A DNA stretch of 39,428 nucleotides. Origin: Bacillota bacterium. Lineage in GTDB: Bacteria > Bacillota > Dethiobacteria > DTU022 > UBA8154. The notes under the pieces are model-generated. The model was not told where the DNA came from, ran no database searches, and saw only the letters and a list, made by a program, of their open reading frames with translations. This document shows, in pieces, positions 1 to 8,917 of the stretch. The position numbers and the translations under genes were made by a program. How positions within the stretch are numbered: the first letter of the stretch is position 1; each line of letters starts with the position of its first letter. The stretch spans positions 1 through 39,428 of the forward strand of contig JAAZMI010000047.1 of NCBI GenBank assembly GCA_012798895.1, in the 5' to 3' direction.

Positions 1-1
1 T

Positions 2-184
2 ATAAGGGATACCGGTTTAAATAAGGTTCATCTTCTGCCCTATCATAAATATGGGGTTGGAAAATATAAGATGCTCGATCGGGAATACCCTTTGGAAGGC
101 CTGGTTCCCCCTGCACCGGAGGAACTCGAAGCAATTGTTGGAATGATGAGCAAATATAGCTTGGATTGCGAGGTGAGAAGCTGA
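2..184 (+). CDS. Glycyl-radical enzyme activating protein (radical SAM), C-terminal fragment; 5' end lies outside the window
   Basis: Frame 2 reads IRDTGLNKVHLLPYHKYGVGKYKMLDREYPLEGLVPPAPEELEAIVGMMSKYSLDCEVRS*. LLPYHxxGxxKYxxLxREY is the typical C-terminal motif of PflA/GRE activases. Not in the ORF track. Confidence 0.8.
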   Translation: MRDTGLNKVHLLPYHKYGVGKYKMLDREYPLEGLVPPAPEELEAIVGMMSKYSLDCEVRS

Positions 185-294
185 TAGTTGAGGCAGGGTT
201 CAGTTTTCGATCTGGCCCCCGCCCGATAAAAAAAGTGATGGCATGAGGGTTTCCGGGGTCAGAGATTACAACAAATAATTGGTTAAAGGGGAAT

Positions 295-1416
295 ATGTCT
301 ATGAATAAAAAATTCGGGAAAAGAAGGAAATTTATAGCAGGTGCCTGCATCGTTGCCTTAATGTTAATGCTGGTTGTGGGCATCGGGGGTTGTTCGGGGC
401 AATCTGCCGCTCCGGGAGGAGACGCGAAGGCCCAGGAAAAAGGGAAACCGATAGAGCTAACGTTCAACCACTTTTTCCCGGAAACATCGTGGGTAAACGA
501 TGTGGTCATGGAATGGAAGGAGATGGTTGAGGAAAAATCCGACAATCGTTTAAAAGTTACGGTCTATTCATCCTGTTCTCTCAGCCAATCGGGTGAGATG
601 TACGATGCCATCAAAACGGGCACCATCGATCTCTGTCTCGATGCCGGTCCTTATTATTCAGGCCGCTTTCCTTTAAGCACGGCCACGCAACTGCCTTTTT
701 TAGGGGCCAGATCGTCGCAAGCGTTTACTCATGCTTGGATGGATCTCTATGAGGAGTTTCCAGAATTCAGCGCAGAATATTCCGATGTTCACCTGCTTTG
801 GCTTTTCTCGCAAGGCCCGGCCCAATTGTTGAGTAAAACACCGATTGAAACAATAGAGGATATCAAAGGATTGATCGTCAGGGCCCCAGGAGACTGGGCT
901 CCCCATATTAAAGCTTTAAATGCATCAGCGGTTGACCTGCCTGCTTCGGAGAGTTACCTTGCTTTAAACAAGGGTACTGTAAACGCCACCATCTTTACTT
1001 GTGAATCCATATCCACCTGGAAGCTGTATGAGGTGTGCCCCCATGCCACTGTCGGTAATTTCTTCGGGCAGTGGTTCTTTGTAGCCATGAATCAGGATAA
1101 ATATGACAGCCTGCCGGAGGATCTACAGAAAGTAATCGATGAATGCAGCGGTACTGCAGGGGCCGAACTTATAGCCAAAGCCTGGGATGAGGCGGACAGA
1201 GCAGGCCTGGAATTAGCTGCGGATAAAGGCGTGAAAATTGCCACCTTGAAGGATAAAGAAAAATGGGAAGAAAAATTGGCACCTGTAACTGATAGTTGGA
1301 TAGAAGAGATGGAAGCCAAAGGCTACCCTGCAGAACAGTTTGTTGCCAGGGCAAAAGAGCTGATTGCGGAATATGATCAGGAGATAGGGAGTTGGCAGGA
1401 TGAATTTGATTTTTAA
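295..1416 (+). CDS. dctP: TRAP transporter substrate-binding lipoprotein (DctP family)
   Basis: Basic N-terminus, hydrophobic stretch and lipobox-like GGC; DIKGLIVRAPG retains the carboxylate-binding Arg; MNQDKYDSLPEDLQKVID motif; followed by dctQ/dctM. The start may be ATG 301. Confidence 0.9.
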   Translation: MSMNKKFGKRRKFIAGACIVALMLMLVVGIGGCSGQSAAPGGDAKAQEKGKPIELTFNHFFPETSWVNDVVMEWKEMVEEKSDNRLKVTVYSSCSLSQSGEMYDAIKTGTIDLCLDAGPYYSGRFPLSTATQLPFLGARSSQAFTHAWMDLYEEFPEFSAEYSDVHLLWLFSQGPAQLLSKTPIETIEDIKGLIVRAPGDWAPHIKALNASAVDLPASESYLALNKGTVNATIFTCESISTWKLYEVCPHATVGNFFGQWFFVAMNQDKYDSLPEDLQKVIDECSGTAGAELIAKAWDEADRAGLELAADKGVKIATLKDKEKWEEKLAPVTDSWIEEMEAKGYPAEQFVARAKELIAEYDQEIGSWQDEFDF

Positions 1417-1649
1417 GGTGGGGAGTGAACCTCTAACGCAACGCTATGGACCCTTTTCATAATTTCTAATTTGTCCGGCCTGGTAAAGAACACAGCGATT
1501 TTTGGGGAGGGGCTCTGGAACACAGGTTGTAGATATCTATTGCAGCCCCTCCCAATAGATACGGGGATAAAGAAAATCTACTACCTAATCAACACCACGT
1601 CATGCAAATCATTGTACCTTGAATAAAAGTGAAAGGACTGGATAAAGAC

Positions 1650-2168
1650 ATGGCGCAATCTGAAAAAACCAATGTCTCGCTCAGCAGAACCATTCGTTCC
1701 GTCAGTTTTATGAGCAACTACCTGGCCTCGATAATTTTATTCTTACTCGTCATACTTGTATCAGCACACGTCATCGGGCGTTACTTTATCGCCCTGCCTG
1801 TTCCGGGGGCTGTGGAACTTATTCAATACCTGATGGTCTGCGTAGGTTCTCTGGGGTTTGCTTACTGTGCTGCCCAACAGGAACACGTCCGAGTCGAGCT
1901 ATTCGTTGAACGGTTGCCAAGAAAATTCGGGGGAGTATTAAAGTTGATCAGTTTGCTTCTCAGCTTGGGGATTGTAGCTCTTATAACCTGGCAAAGCATC
2001 GTATATGCCATCGATGTTTGGCATGTTGGGTTAGTATCAGGTGTGCTTAAGATTCCTCGTTTCCCCTTCACAGTTGTTTTAGTCATATCCTACGTATTAT
2101 TTACAGCAGAGCTGATAATACAGGTATTTGAACCTGCAAGTAGAGCCTTAAAAGGGGGGAATAGATAG
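1650..2168 (+). CDS. dctQ: TRAP transporter small permease (DctQ)
   Basis: Four hydrophobic segments; VIGRY..P.PG..EL and EHVRVELF motifs. ATG 1650 chosen; the track start is GTG 1629. Confidence 0.9.
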   Translation: MAQSEKTNVSLSRTIRSVSFMSNYLASIILFLLVILVSAHVIGRYFIALPVPGAVELIQYLMVCVGSLGFAYCAAQQEHVRVELFVERLPRKFGGVLKLISLLLSLGIVALITWQSIVYAIDVWHVGLVSGVLKIPRFPFTVVLVISYVLFTAELIIQVFEPASRALKGGNR

Positions 2169-2170
2169 GG

Positions 2171-3475
2171 ATGGAGCCACCTATTATCGGGTTGTTGGGT
2201 ATAGTTTTTCTCGTTATCTTGCTTTTTATCGGTATGCCGGTTGGTCTGGCCATGGCCCTCGTGGGTTTTGCCGGATTTGCCACTTTGACAAGTATTCAGG
2301 GCGCCCTCGGGCAGCTAAGCACGGTTCCATATTTTACCTTGGCCAGTTACGATTTTAGTATTCTGCCTCTGTTTCTGCTCATGGGGGCTGTAGCGTTCCA
2401 TGCCGGGCTCAGCGAATCCCTTTTTCGTGCCGCTTACAAATGGGTGGGCGGTTGGCGCGGGGGGCTGGCTATGGCTGCTGTATTGGGATGTGCGGGTTTC
2501 AGCGCAGTAAGCGGTTCGACCCTTGCAACGGCGGTTACCATGGGCAAGATGGCTTTGCCCGAGATGAAACGGCACGGGTACCATCCCAGCCTGGCTTCGG
2601 GCACTGTTGCTGCGGCAGGATCTTTAGGGATATTGATCCCTCCAAGTTCCATTTTTGTCTTGTACGGACTGATGACCGAACAGTCTATAGGGGCTCTTTT
2701 CATTGCCGGTATTCTACCGGGGATATTGTTGACCTTATTATTTATGGGTAGTATCTATCTGCAGACACTGCTTCGGTCCGATCTGGGGCCGCCCGGTCCC
2801 AAGACTGGTTGGATCGAAAAGATCATCGAAGCCAAAAGAGCCGTCCCCGTCTTGCTGGTGTTTTTAGTGATAATTGGCGGGCTTTATCTGGGTTGGTTTA
2901 CACCTACCGAAGCCGCCGGAGCCGGCGCTTTTATTATTCTCCTTTATGGAGTAGTATGCAGGCGCCTAACTTTGCGCGGGTTTTCCGCTTCCCTTTTGGA
3001 ATCTCTGAAAACTACGGCGATGATCTTCGTCATTCTGATCGGGGCCCAGCTTTTTGGTTACTTTATAGCAGTAAGCAGGCTTCCTTCGGAATTGGCCAGT
3101 TATCTGGTCGGTCTACAGACTTCACCCTATATTATACTTGCTCTGATCGTGCTAATCTACATCTTCTTGGGATGCCTCATGGATACCATGGCTATGGTTG
3201 TACTTACAGTGCCGATTTTCTATCCGATTATTTTATCGTTAGGATTTGATCCGATCTGGTTTGGGGTGCTGATGGTTCTAGTATCTGAGATGGGGGTGAT
3301 TACACCTCCGATAGGCGTGAATGTATATGCAGTATGTGGGATAGCGAAGGATATAGATATGGTGGATGTCTTTAAGGGGACAATACCATTCTTTATTGCC
3401 ATGATAATCTGTGTAATCATAGTGATCGTTTTTCCAGAGATCGCAACATACCTTCCCAGTTTAATCAGGTACTAG
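2171..3475 (+). CDS. dctM: TRAP transporter large permease (DctM)
   Basis: SAVSGSTLATA, GSLGILIPPS, FTPTEAA and DPIWFGV..ITPPIG motifs; highly hydrophobic 434 aa. Confidence 0.93.
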   Translation: MEPPIIGLLGIVFLVILLFIGMPVGLAMALVGFAGFATLTSIQGALGQLSTVPYFTLASYDFSILPLFLLMGAVAFHAGLSESLFRAAYKWVGGWRGGLAMAAVLGCAGFSAVSGSTLATAVTMGKMALPEMKRHGYHPSLASGTVAAAGSLGILIPPSSIFVLYGLMTEQSIGALFIAGILPGILLTLLFMGSIYLQTLLRSDLGPPGPKTGWIEKIIEAKRAVPVLLVFLVIIGGLYLGWFTPTEAAGAGAFIILLYGVVCRRLTLRGFSASLLESLKTTAMIFVILIGAQLFGYFIAVSRLPSELASYLVGLQTSPYIILALIVLIYIFLGCLMDTMAMVVLTVPIFYPIILSLGFDPIWFGVLMVLVSEMGVITPPIGVNVYAVCGIAKDIDMVDVFKGTIPFFIAMIICVIIVIVFPEIATYLPSLIRY

Positions 3476-3527
3476 AGAATGGAAATTGGTTTTGACTGCG
3501 ACTATGATCTGCCAGGAGGTATTACAG

Positions 3528-5114
3528 ATGTCCGAACAACTTTTGCTGAAGGAACTTTCCCGGTATGATATCGGCACTTTTGCAGATATCATCTATAGAA
3601 ATGCACTTCTTTATCCCGATAACGAAGCTTTTGTCTATGAATCGATCAGGATAACTCATTTTGAATATAACGCCATGGTTAATAAGGTAATCCATGCCCT
3701 GTTTAAGATGGGCGTTAAAAAAGGGGAAACCATCGGGCTTTTGTCTTGGAACTGCGTGCAGGCAGCAGTAATATACGGAGTGGCGATGAAAGGGGGCTTC
3801 ATTGCTTCACCTTTCAATCCGAGGTTGACGGCAGATGAACTGGAATACTTAATCACATATTCCGAAACCGACACACTTTTCGTCGGCCCGGAACTGGTAG
3901 ATACGATTAACAGGCTTAAGCCGCGCTTACCCGGGGTTCGCAACTATATTATCCTCGAAGGTTCTGCAGATGACATGGTCTCTTTCCAAGAATTGCTGGA
4001 ATCTAATCCGGGTAATGAACCAGATCTCAATGTCGGTGTGAACGACCTGATCGGAATAATCTATACCAGTGGAACGACAGGAGTTCCGAGGGGAGCGCTG
4101 TATACAAACAGTTGTTTTATAAGCGACTGCAGCACTTTTGCACTGGATGTCAACGTGCAGCAGATCGACAGGCATCTGCAGGTAACCCCCCAGTTTCATA
4201 TCGCGGGGAATACCTGGTTCCGCACGTTTTTATATGCCGGGGCCTGTACCGTGATCCACAAATTTTTTAACCCGGCCGAGGTATTAAATACAATCCAGGA
4301 AGAAAAAATTACGCACATGAACATCGTACCCACCCAGCTCGTGGCTATGCTCAATGTTCCCAACATCGAGAAGTACGATTTAAATTCAATGAAATTAATC
4401 TGGTACGGGGCTTCACCCATGCCCTCGGAGGTGCTGAAAAAAGGGTTGGATGTTTTCGGCAATGTTTTTGGACAAGGTTACGGTCAGAGCGAAAGCGGCC
4501 CCGCTATAACACACATGCCGAAAGAAGATCACATGGTGGTCAATATACCGGGGGCAGATCAGAAGCATCTATTATCAGCGGGCAAACCTGATATCGGTGT
4601 ACAGGTGAGGATCGTCGATGAGGATGGAAATGATTGTGCAAGAGGTTACGTAGGGGAGATTATTGTTAAAAGTAGACATATCATGGTTGGCTACTGGAAA
4701 AAACCGGAAGATACAAAGGATACGATTATTGATGGCTGGTTACATACCGGGGATATGGGGTACTATGATGAGAATGGTTATATCTATATTGCTGATCGCA
4801 AAAAAGATATGATCATAACCGGCGGAGAGAATGTATTCCCCCGGGAGGTAGAGGAGGTATTGTACCAGCATCCGGCGGTGCACGAAGCTGCTGTAATAGG
4901 CATACCCGATCCTTATTGGGTTGAAAAGGTCCACGCTGTTCTGGCACCGAAAAAAGGTCAAACTATTGATGAAGAGGAGATAATTGCATTCTGTAAACAA
5001 CGCATCGCGGGTTATAAAACACCAAAATCGATTGAAATCGTGCCCGAATTGCCTAAAAATGCTGCCGGCAAGATTGTTAAAAAGGAGCTCCGGGCCAAAT
5101 TTGCCAAGAAGTAG
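3528..5114 (+). CDS. AMP-dependent acyl/aryl-CoA ligase (long-chain-fatty-acid-CoA ligase family); substrate unknown
   Basis: YTSGTTGVPRG P-loop, QGYGQSE, WLHTGDMG, DRKKDMIITGGENV, LPKNAAGK. ATG 3528 follows the SD AGGAGGT. Confidence 0.9.
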   Translation: MSEQLLLKELSRYDIGTFADIIYRNALLYPDNEAFVYESIRITHFEYNAMVNKVIHALFKMGVKKGETIGLLSWNCVQAAVIYGVAMKGGFIASPFNPRLTADELEYLITYSETDTLFVGPELVDTINRLKPRLPGVRNYIILEGSADDMVSFQELLESNPGNEPDLNVGVNDLIGIIYTSGTTGVPRGALYTNSCFISDCSTFALDVNVQQIDRHLQVTPQFHIAGNTWFRTFLYAGACTVIHKFFNPAEVLNTIQEEKITHMNIVPTQLVAMLNVPNIEKYDLNSMKLIWYGASPMPSEVLKKGLDVFGNVFGQGYGQSESGPAITHMPKEDHMVVNIPGADQKHLLSAGKPDIGVQVRIVDEDGNDCARGYVGEIIVKSRHIMVGYWKKPEDTKDTIIDGWLHTGDMGYYDENGYIYIADRKKDMIITGGENVFPREVEEVLYQHPAVHEAAVIGIPDPYWVEKVHAVLAPKKGQTIDEEEIIAFCKQRIAGYKTPKSIEIVPELPKNAAGKIVKKELRAKFAKK

Positions 5115-5200
5115 ACGTGCTATCGGATGAATTGTTTAAAATGCCTAAGGGGCCCGGAATGGATTTTACTGGTGCTGCAACGGGGAAGAAAGGTGTTAAA

Positions 5201-5806
5201 ATGAGATGCGATCTTTGTACGGATAAAGCATGTAAACAAGGTAGAGATTGTTTGGGAGAGAGAGACAACGTCGTGCAAAATATGTACAGTTCACCCGAAG
5301 ATCAAAAAATTATGCAGGTTGCGGCAGCAATCGAAGTAGATTTTTATTTTCAAAAATCGAGATTGGAGGAACTGATTATATTTTGCCGGGGGATGAACTA
5401 TAAACATTTGGGGGTGGTTTTCTGCCTTGGTTTGGAGAAAGAAGCCCGGATTCTCTGTACCCTGCTCCGGAAATATTTTACTGTTTCAAGCGTCTGTTGC
5501 AGAATTTGCGGCGTACCTAAGGAAGATTTAGGCCTTAAAAAAAGGGATCCTCATAAACAAGAAATTATCTGCAATCCGCTCATGCAGGCCAAAGTTCTTG
5601 AAGATGAGCATACAGAACTAAATATTATTGCGGGGCTCTGCCTCGGCCACGACATTCTTTTCACCAAATACTCTCATGCACCGGTAACGACATTAATCGT
5701 CAAGGATCGCTTGCTGGCCCATAATCCGGTTGGAGCAATCTATTCGCGTTACTATACCAGCAGAATTGAACGCGGGGGTAAGGTTGAAGAAATAAAATAC
5801 GATTAA
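5201..5806 (+). CDS. DUF1847 family Cys-rich putative metal-binding protein
   Basis: GVVFCLGLEKEA, SVCCRICG, CNPLMQA, NIIAGLCLGHD, APVTTLIVKDRLLAHNP. ATG 5201 follows AAGGTG. Confidence 0.85.
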   Translation: MRCDLCTDKACKQGRDCLGERDNVVQNMYSSPEDQKIMQVAAAIEVDFYFQKSRLEELIIFCRGMNYKHLGVVFCLGLEKEARILCTLLRKYFTVSSVCCRICGVPKEDLGLKKRDPHKQEIICNPLMQAKVLEDEHTELNIIAGLCLGHDILFTKYSHAPVTTLIVKDRLLAHNPVGAIYSRYYTSRIERGGKVEEIKYD

Positions 5807-5814
5807 AATACGAT
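5793..5814 (+). repeat. Perfect 11-bp tandem duplication (TAAAATACGAT x2) spanning the DUF1847 stop codon
   Basis: 5793-5803 and 5804-5814 are identical. Confidence 0.7.
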
Positions 5815-6169
5815 CCAGAATCACGAAACTTATAAAACGTCATCAACATCTGTATTCAGAGAAAGCAGGGTCAAAAGGATTTTTTTTAAACTGCAATACT
5901 ATAACCCATAATAGGGGCCTGGTTAAAAACCAATATTATTCCGGGCATAAAAAATGTAAGGCAGGAGAATAAAGGAATGGTTTTAGGGATTGTCGTGTGC
6001 ATAGACACAGTTTAATTAATTTTTATACAATAGGCAGGAAATAGCAGCCTATTTGGCGAAACTTTTTAATAGTGAAAATATACTTGCAAATAAAGGGCAT
6101 CTGAAACAACAAAAATGCAGATATATACTTTTGAAGGGAGGTTTATTAGTCTGGCTTTTAATCCAATAT

Positions 6170-6185
6170 AATTTGTACACAAATT
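6170..6185. promoter_or_regulatory. Palindromic operator candidate (GntR/FadR-like) upstream of the thiolase operon
   Basis: AATTTGT-AC-ACAAATT is a perfect 7-bp inverted repeat; its core TTGTACACAA resembles GntR-type TTGTATACAA boxes. Confidence 0.35.
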
Positions 6186-6276
6186 GAAAGGTTAGGAACC
6201 AAAGAACCGTTAATCACGGTGTTTGTTAAAGCGTTCTCTGCAACCTAAGACTTTTTATGTAACAGGAGGTCTGTAA

Positions 6277-7449
6277 ATGGCAAGAAATGTATGTCTCATT
6301 GCTGGCGGGATGTCACACTGGGGGGTTCGACAGGCTACCCAGCGCGATCTCTTCCAGGAAGCCGGGAAAGCCTGTTTTGATAACATTCCGGCCCTTAGCA
6401 ACAAAGATGTCGACGGTTTGCTCGTAGCTTCAGCTTATACGGAAAGATGTTCTTTTCAGACCCATCTGGCACCGGTAATCGCAGAATACCTGGGTATTAA
6501 ACCACAAAACATCTGTGCCCGGGTAGAACTGCTCTGTGCCAGCGGGAGTTCGGGCATTATTTTAGCCTACGGCCTGATCAAGGCCGGCATTGCCGATGTG
6601 ATCATGGTTATCGGCGGGGAGATGCTTTACACTCCTCAACGCTGGGAAGTACAGTACAGCGAATTAGCTTCAGTTGATCATGATTGGGATGGTACCCAGG
6701 GCTTAGGCCTGCCGCCACCGGCGTTTTCCATGGTTGCCCAACAGCATATGCAGAAATATGGTACCACGGAAGAGCAACTTGCCATGGTTTCTGTAAAAAA
6801 CAGGCGCAACGGGCTTAGCAATCCCAAGGGGCAATTTCAACAAGAGGTTACGTTGGAAGAAGCCTTAAACGCCAGGGCGATCGTACCTCCTTTGAAATTG
6901 TACGATTGCTGCCCGATTACAGACGGAGCCGCCGCTGTAATCCTGGCCAGCGAAGAGAAGGCAAAATATTACACGGATAAACCTCTGGTCTATGTTAAAG
7001 GCTCGGGGCAGGCTACGCTTAATAATATGTCGGCCAATATGCCCAGTTGGACGACCTGGGAAGCCCTGAAGATTGCAGCCAAGCAGGCTTATACCAAAGC
7101 CGGGGTACAACCTTCCGATATAGATGTGGCGCAGACGCACGATTGTTTTACGATCTCGGAGATCATCGAGTACGAAGACTTGGGATTCTGTGAGAAGGGC
7201 GAGGGAGGACATTTTATAGAGGAAGGCCACTCTGATATTGGTGGCACTGTTCCCGTAAATACCGATGGCGGGCTTCTAAGCTGTGGCCACCCCTTTGGTG
7301 GAACGGGTATCAGGCAGGGCATAGAGATCATGAAGCAGCTACAAGGGGAGGCAGTAAAACAAGTTGAAGGGGCAAGAACAGCGCTTACCCATAACCTCAG
7401 CGGATTTATTGCTGCTCATACGGTAATTATCTACGGGAGGGATATCTAG
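6277..7449 (+). CDS. SCP2-type (HDCF-class) thiolase
   Basis: ELLCASG catalytic Cys, DCCPITDGAAA, AQTHDCFT, GGLLSCGHPFGGTG. Confidence 0.9.
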   Translation: MARNVCLIAGGMSHWGVRQATQRDLFQEAGKACFDNIPALSNKDVDGLLVASAYTERCSFQTHLAPVIAEYLGIKPQNICARVELLCASGSSGIILAYGLIKAGIADVIMVIGGEMLYTPQRWEVQYSELASVDHDWDGTQGLGLPPPAFSMVAQQHMQKYGTTEEQLAMVSVKNRRNGLSNPKGQFQQEVTLEEALNARAIVPPLKLYDCCPITDGAAAVILASEEKAKYYTDKPLVYVKGSGQATLNNMSANMPSWTTWEALKIAAKQAYTKAGVQPSDIDVAQTHDCFTISEIIEYEDLGFCEKGEGGHFIEEGHSDIGGTVPVNTDGGLLSCGHPFGGTGIRQGIEIMKQLQGEAVKQVEGARTALTHNLSGFIAAHTVIIYGRDI

Positions 7450-7931
7450 TGGAAGGTATATCGATTTTAGATGGTAAATATGCCGCAACTATGGATATGT
7501 ACCCTTTGCAAAGCAAGGAATTCAATATGATCTACAAATTCTATGATTATCTACGGGAAGGCCGTTTTACCACGACAAAATGTAAGGATTGTGGTACCCG
7601 CTCTTTCCCACCGAGAATAATCTGTGAGGAATGCCTGTCCGAAAATCTCGATTGGGTGGATCTACCGACAGGGGGGACTGTAAAGGTTGTCACCGAAGAG
7701 GTTAGAGGTGTTCCGATCGGCTTTGATGACCCGCTCATCCATGCCCTGATAGATCTGGACGGGGAGCTAACTTATTTTGCACGAGTTATTAATTGCCAGG
7801 CTGGCGAGCTGAAGCCCGGTGATCGCGTCAAGCTGGCTGTATTCCCCATCGATCCGCTACCCGTAGATGGGAGAAAAGGTGAGATTATCAAACAAGAAAG
7901 AGTCTTTTTTGCCTTCGAAAAAGAAGATTAA
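7449..7931 (+). CDS. DUF35 Zn-ribbon/OB-fold protein, thiolase partner subunit
   Basis: CKDCG..FPPRIICEEC Zn ribbon followed by an OB-fold-like region; GTG start overlaps the thiolase TAG by 1 nt. Confidence 0.88.
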   Translation: MEGISILDGKYAATMDMYPLQSKEFNMIYKFYDYLREGRFTTTKCKDCGTRSFPPRIICEECLSENLDWVDLPTGGTVKVVTEEVRGVPIGFDDPLIHALIDLDGELTYFARVINCQAGELKPGDRVKLAVFPIDPLPVDGRKGEIIKQERVFFAFEKED

Positions 7932-7938
7932 TTATCGG

Positions 7939-7972
7939 CTCCGGTAAAGGGTTGGCCCTTTACCGGAGTTTT
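7939..7972 (+). terminator. Rho-independent terminator-like hairpin
   Basis: CTCCGGTAAAGGG-TTGG-CCCTTTACCGGAG forms a 13-bp perfect stem followed by TTTT. Confidence 0.65.
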
Positions 7973-8033
7973 GCTGAATACCTGCTTGGGGGATATTTGT
8001 AAATTATAACATTAAAAGGAGGCCCATATCATC

Positions 8034-8891
8034 ATGACGGTTTCAAAGATCGGTGTCATTGGTGCAGGAACCATGGGGGGAGGTATTGCCCAGGTTGCGG
8101 CCCAATCCGGATTTGAAGTCATCCTAAACGACATTGAGATGCCCCTGGTGGATAAGGCGCTTGACCGCATGAAGGCATTCTTCAAGCGCAGCCAAGAAAA
8201 AGGGAGGATGACAGAAGAAGAAAAAAACGAAATCTTAAGTCGCCTTACCCGCAGCACGGATATACGTGATTTCAGCGATGTCGATCTGGTCATCGAGGTG
8301 GTTATAGAAGATCTGGATCTTAAGAAAAAAATATTTGGCGAGCTCGATACTATCTGTAAACCGGAGGCTTTTCTGGCTTCAAATACATCATCCATGCCCA
8401 TAACATTATTGGCAGGCGCCACAAAAAGGCCGGAACGCGTAGCCGGCATGCACTTTTTCAACCCTCCGCCTCTTATGAAGCTGGTAGAGGTGATCCGCGG
8501 TTATTTTACCAGCGATGAAACGATCGAGGTTGTCTCCGCGGTGGCAAAAAAAATGGGCAAGACAACGGTGGAAGTGAAGAAGGATTCCCCTGGATTCATC
8601 GTAAACAGGGTGATGATGGCACACTACCTCGAATCGATCCGCCTGGTGGAAGAGGGTGTAGCCAGCCCCGAAGACATCGATACAGCGGTAAAATTAGGTC
8701 TTAACTATCCCATGGGGCCGTTTGAATTGCATGATTTTGCCGGAATTGATATCGGCTACTTTGTCGCCGAATATTTCTACGAGGAATTTAAAGATGCCCG
8801 CTGGAATCCACCCCAATCCCTTAAAGCGCTGATTAGGGCAGGGCGCCTGGGCAGAAAAACCGGTGCCGGCTGGTACGATTACAATAATTAA
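8034..8891 (+). CDS. hbd: 3-hydroxyacyl-CoA (3-hydroxybutyryl-CoA-type) dehydrogenase
   Basis: GVIGAGTMGGGIAQ Rossmann motif, LASNTSS, GMHFFNP, PGFIVNR, NYPMGP, LGRKTG.GWYDY. Confidence 0.88.
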   Translation: MTVSKIGVIGAGTMGGGIAQVAAQSGFEVILNDIEMPLVDKALDRMKAFFKRSQEKGRMTEEEKNEILSRLTRSTDIRDFSDVDLVIEVVIEDLDLKKKIFGELDTICKPEAFLASNTSSMPITLLAGATKRPERVAGMHFFNPPPLMKLVEVIRGYFTSDETIEVVSAVAKKMGKTTVEVKKDSPGFIVNRVMMAHYLESIRLVEEGVASPEDIDTAVKLGLNYPMGPFELHDFAGIDIGYFVAEYFYEEFKDARWNPPQSLKALIRAGRLGRKTGAGWYDYNN

Positions 8892-8917
8892 TCATAAAAG
8901 CAAAGAGGAGTGGTAAC

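Noticed and set aside
1505-1553. Inverted repeat GGGAGGGGCT / AGCCCCTCCC between dctP and dctQ
   Set aside because: Large loop and no U-tract. Stem-loops after binding-protein genes are common mRNA-stability elements, and no riboswitch consensus is visible.
5943-5958. Possible sigma54 promoter GGGCATAAAAAATGTA
   Set aside because: The -12 element is GT rather than the required GC, and no enhancer-binding protein gene is nearby.
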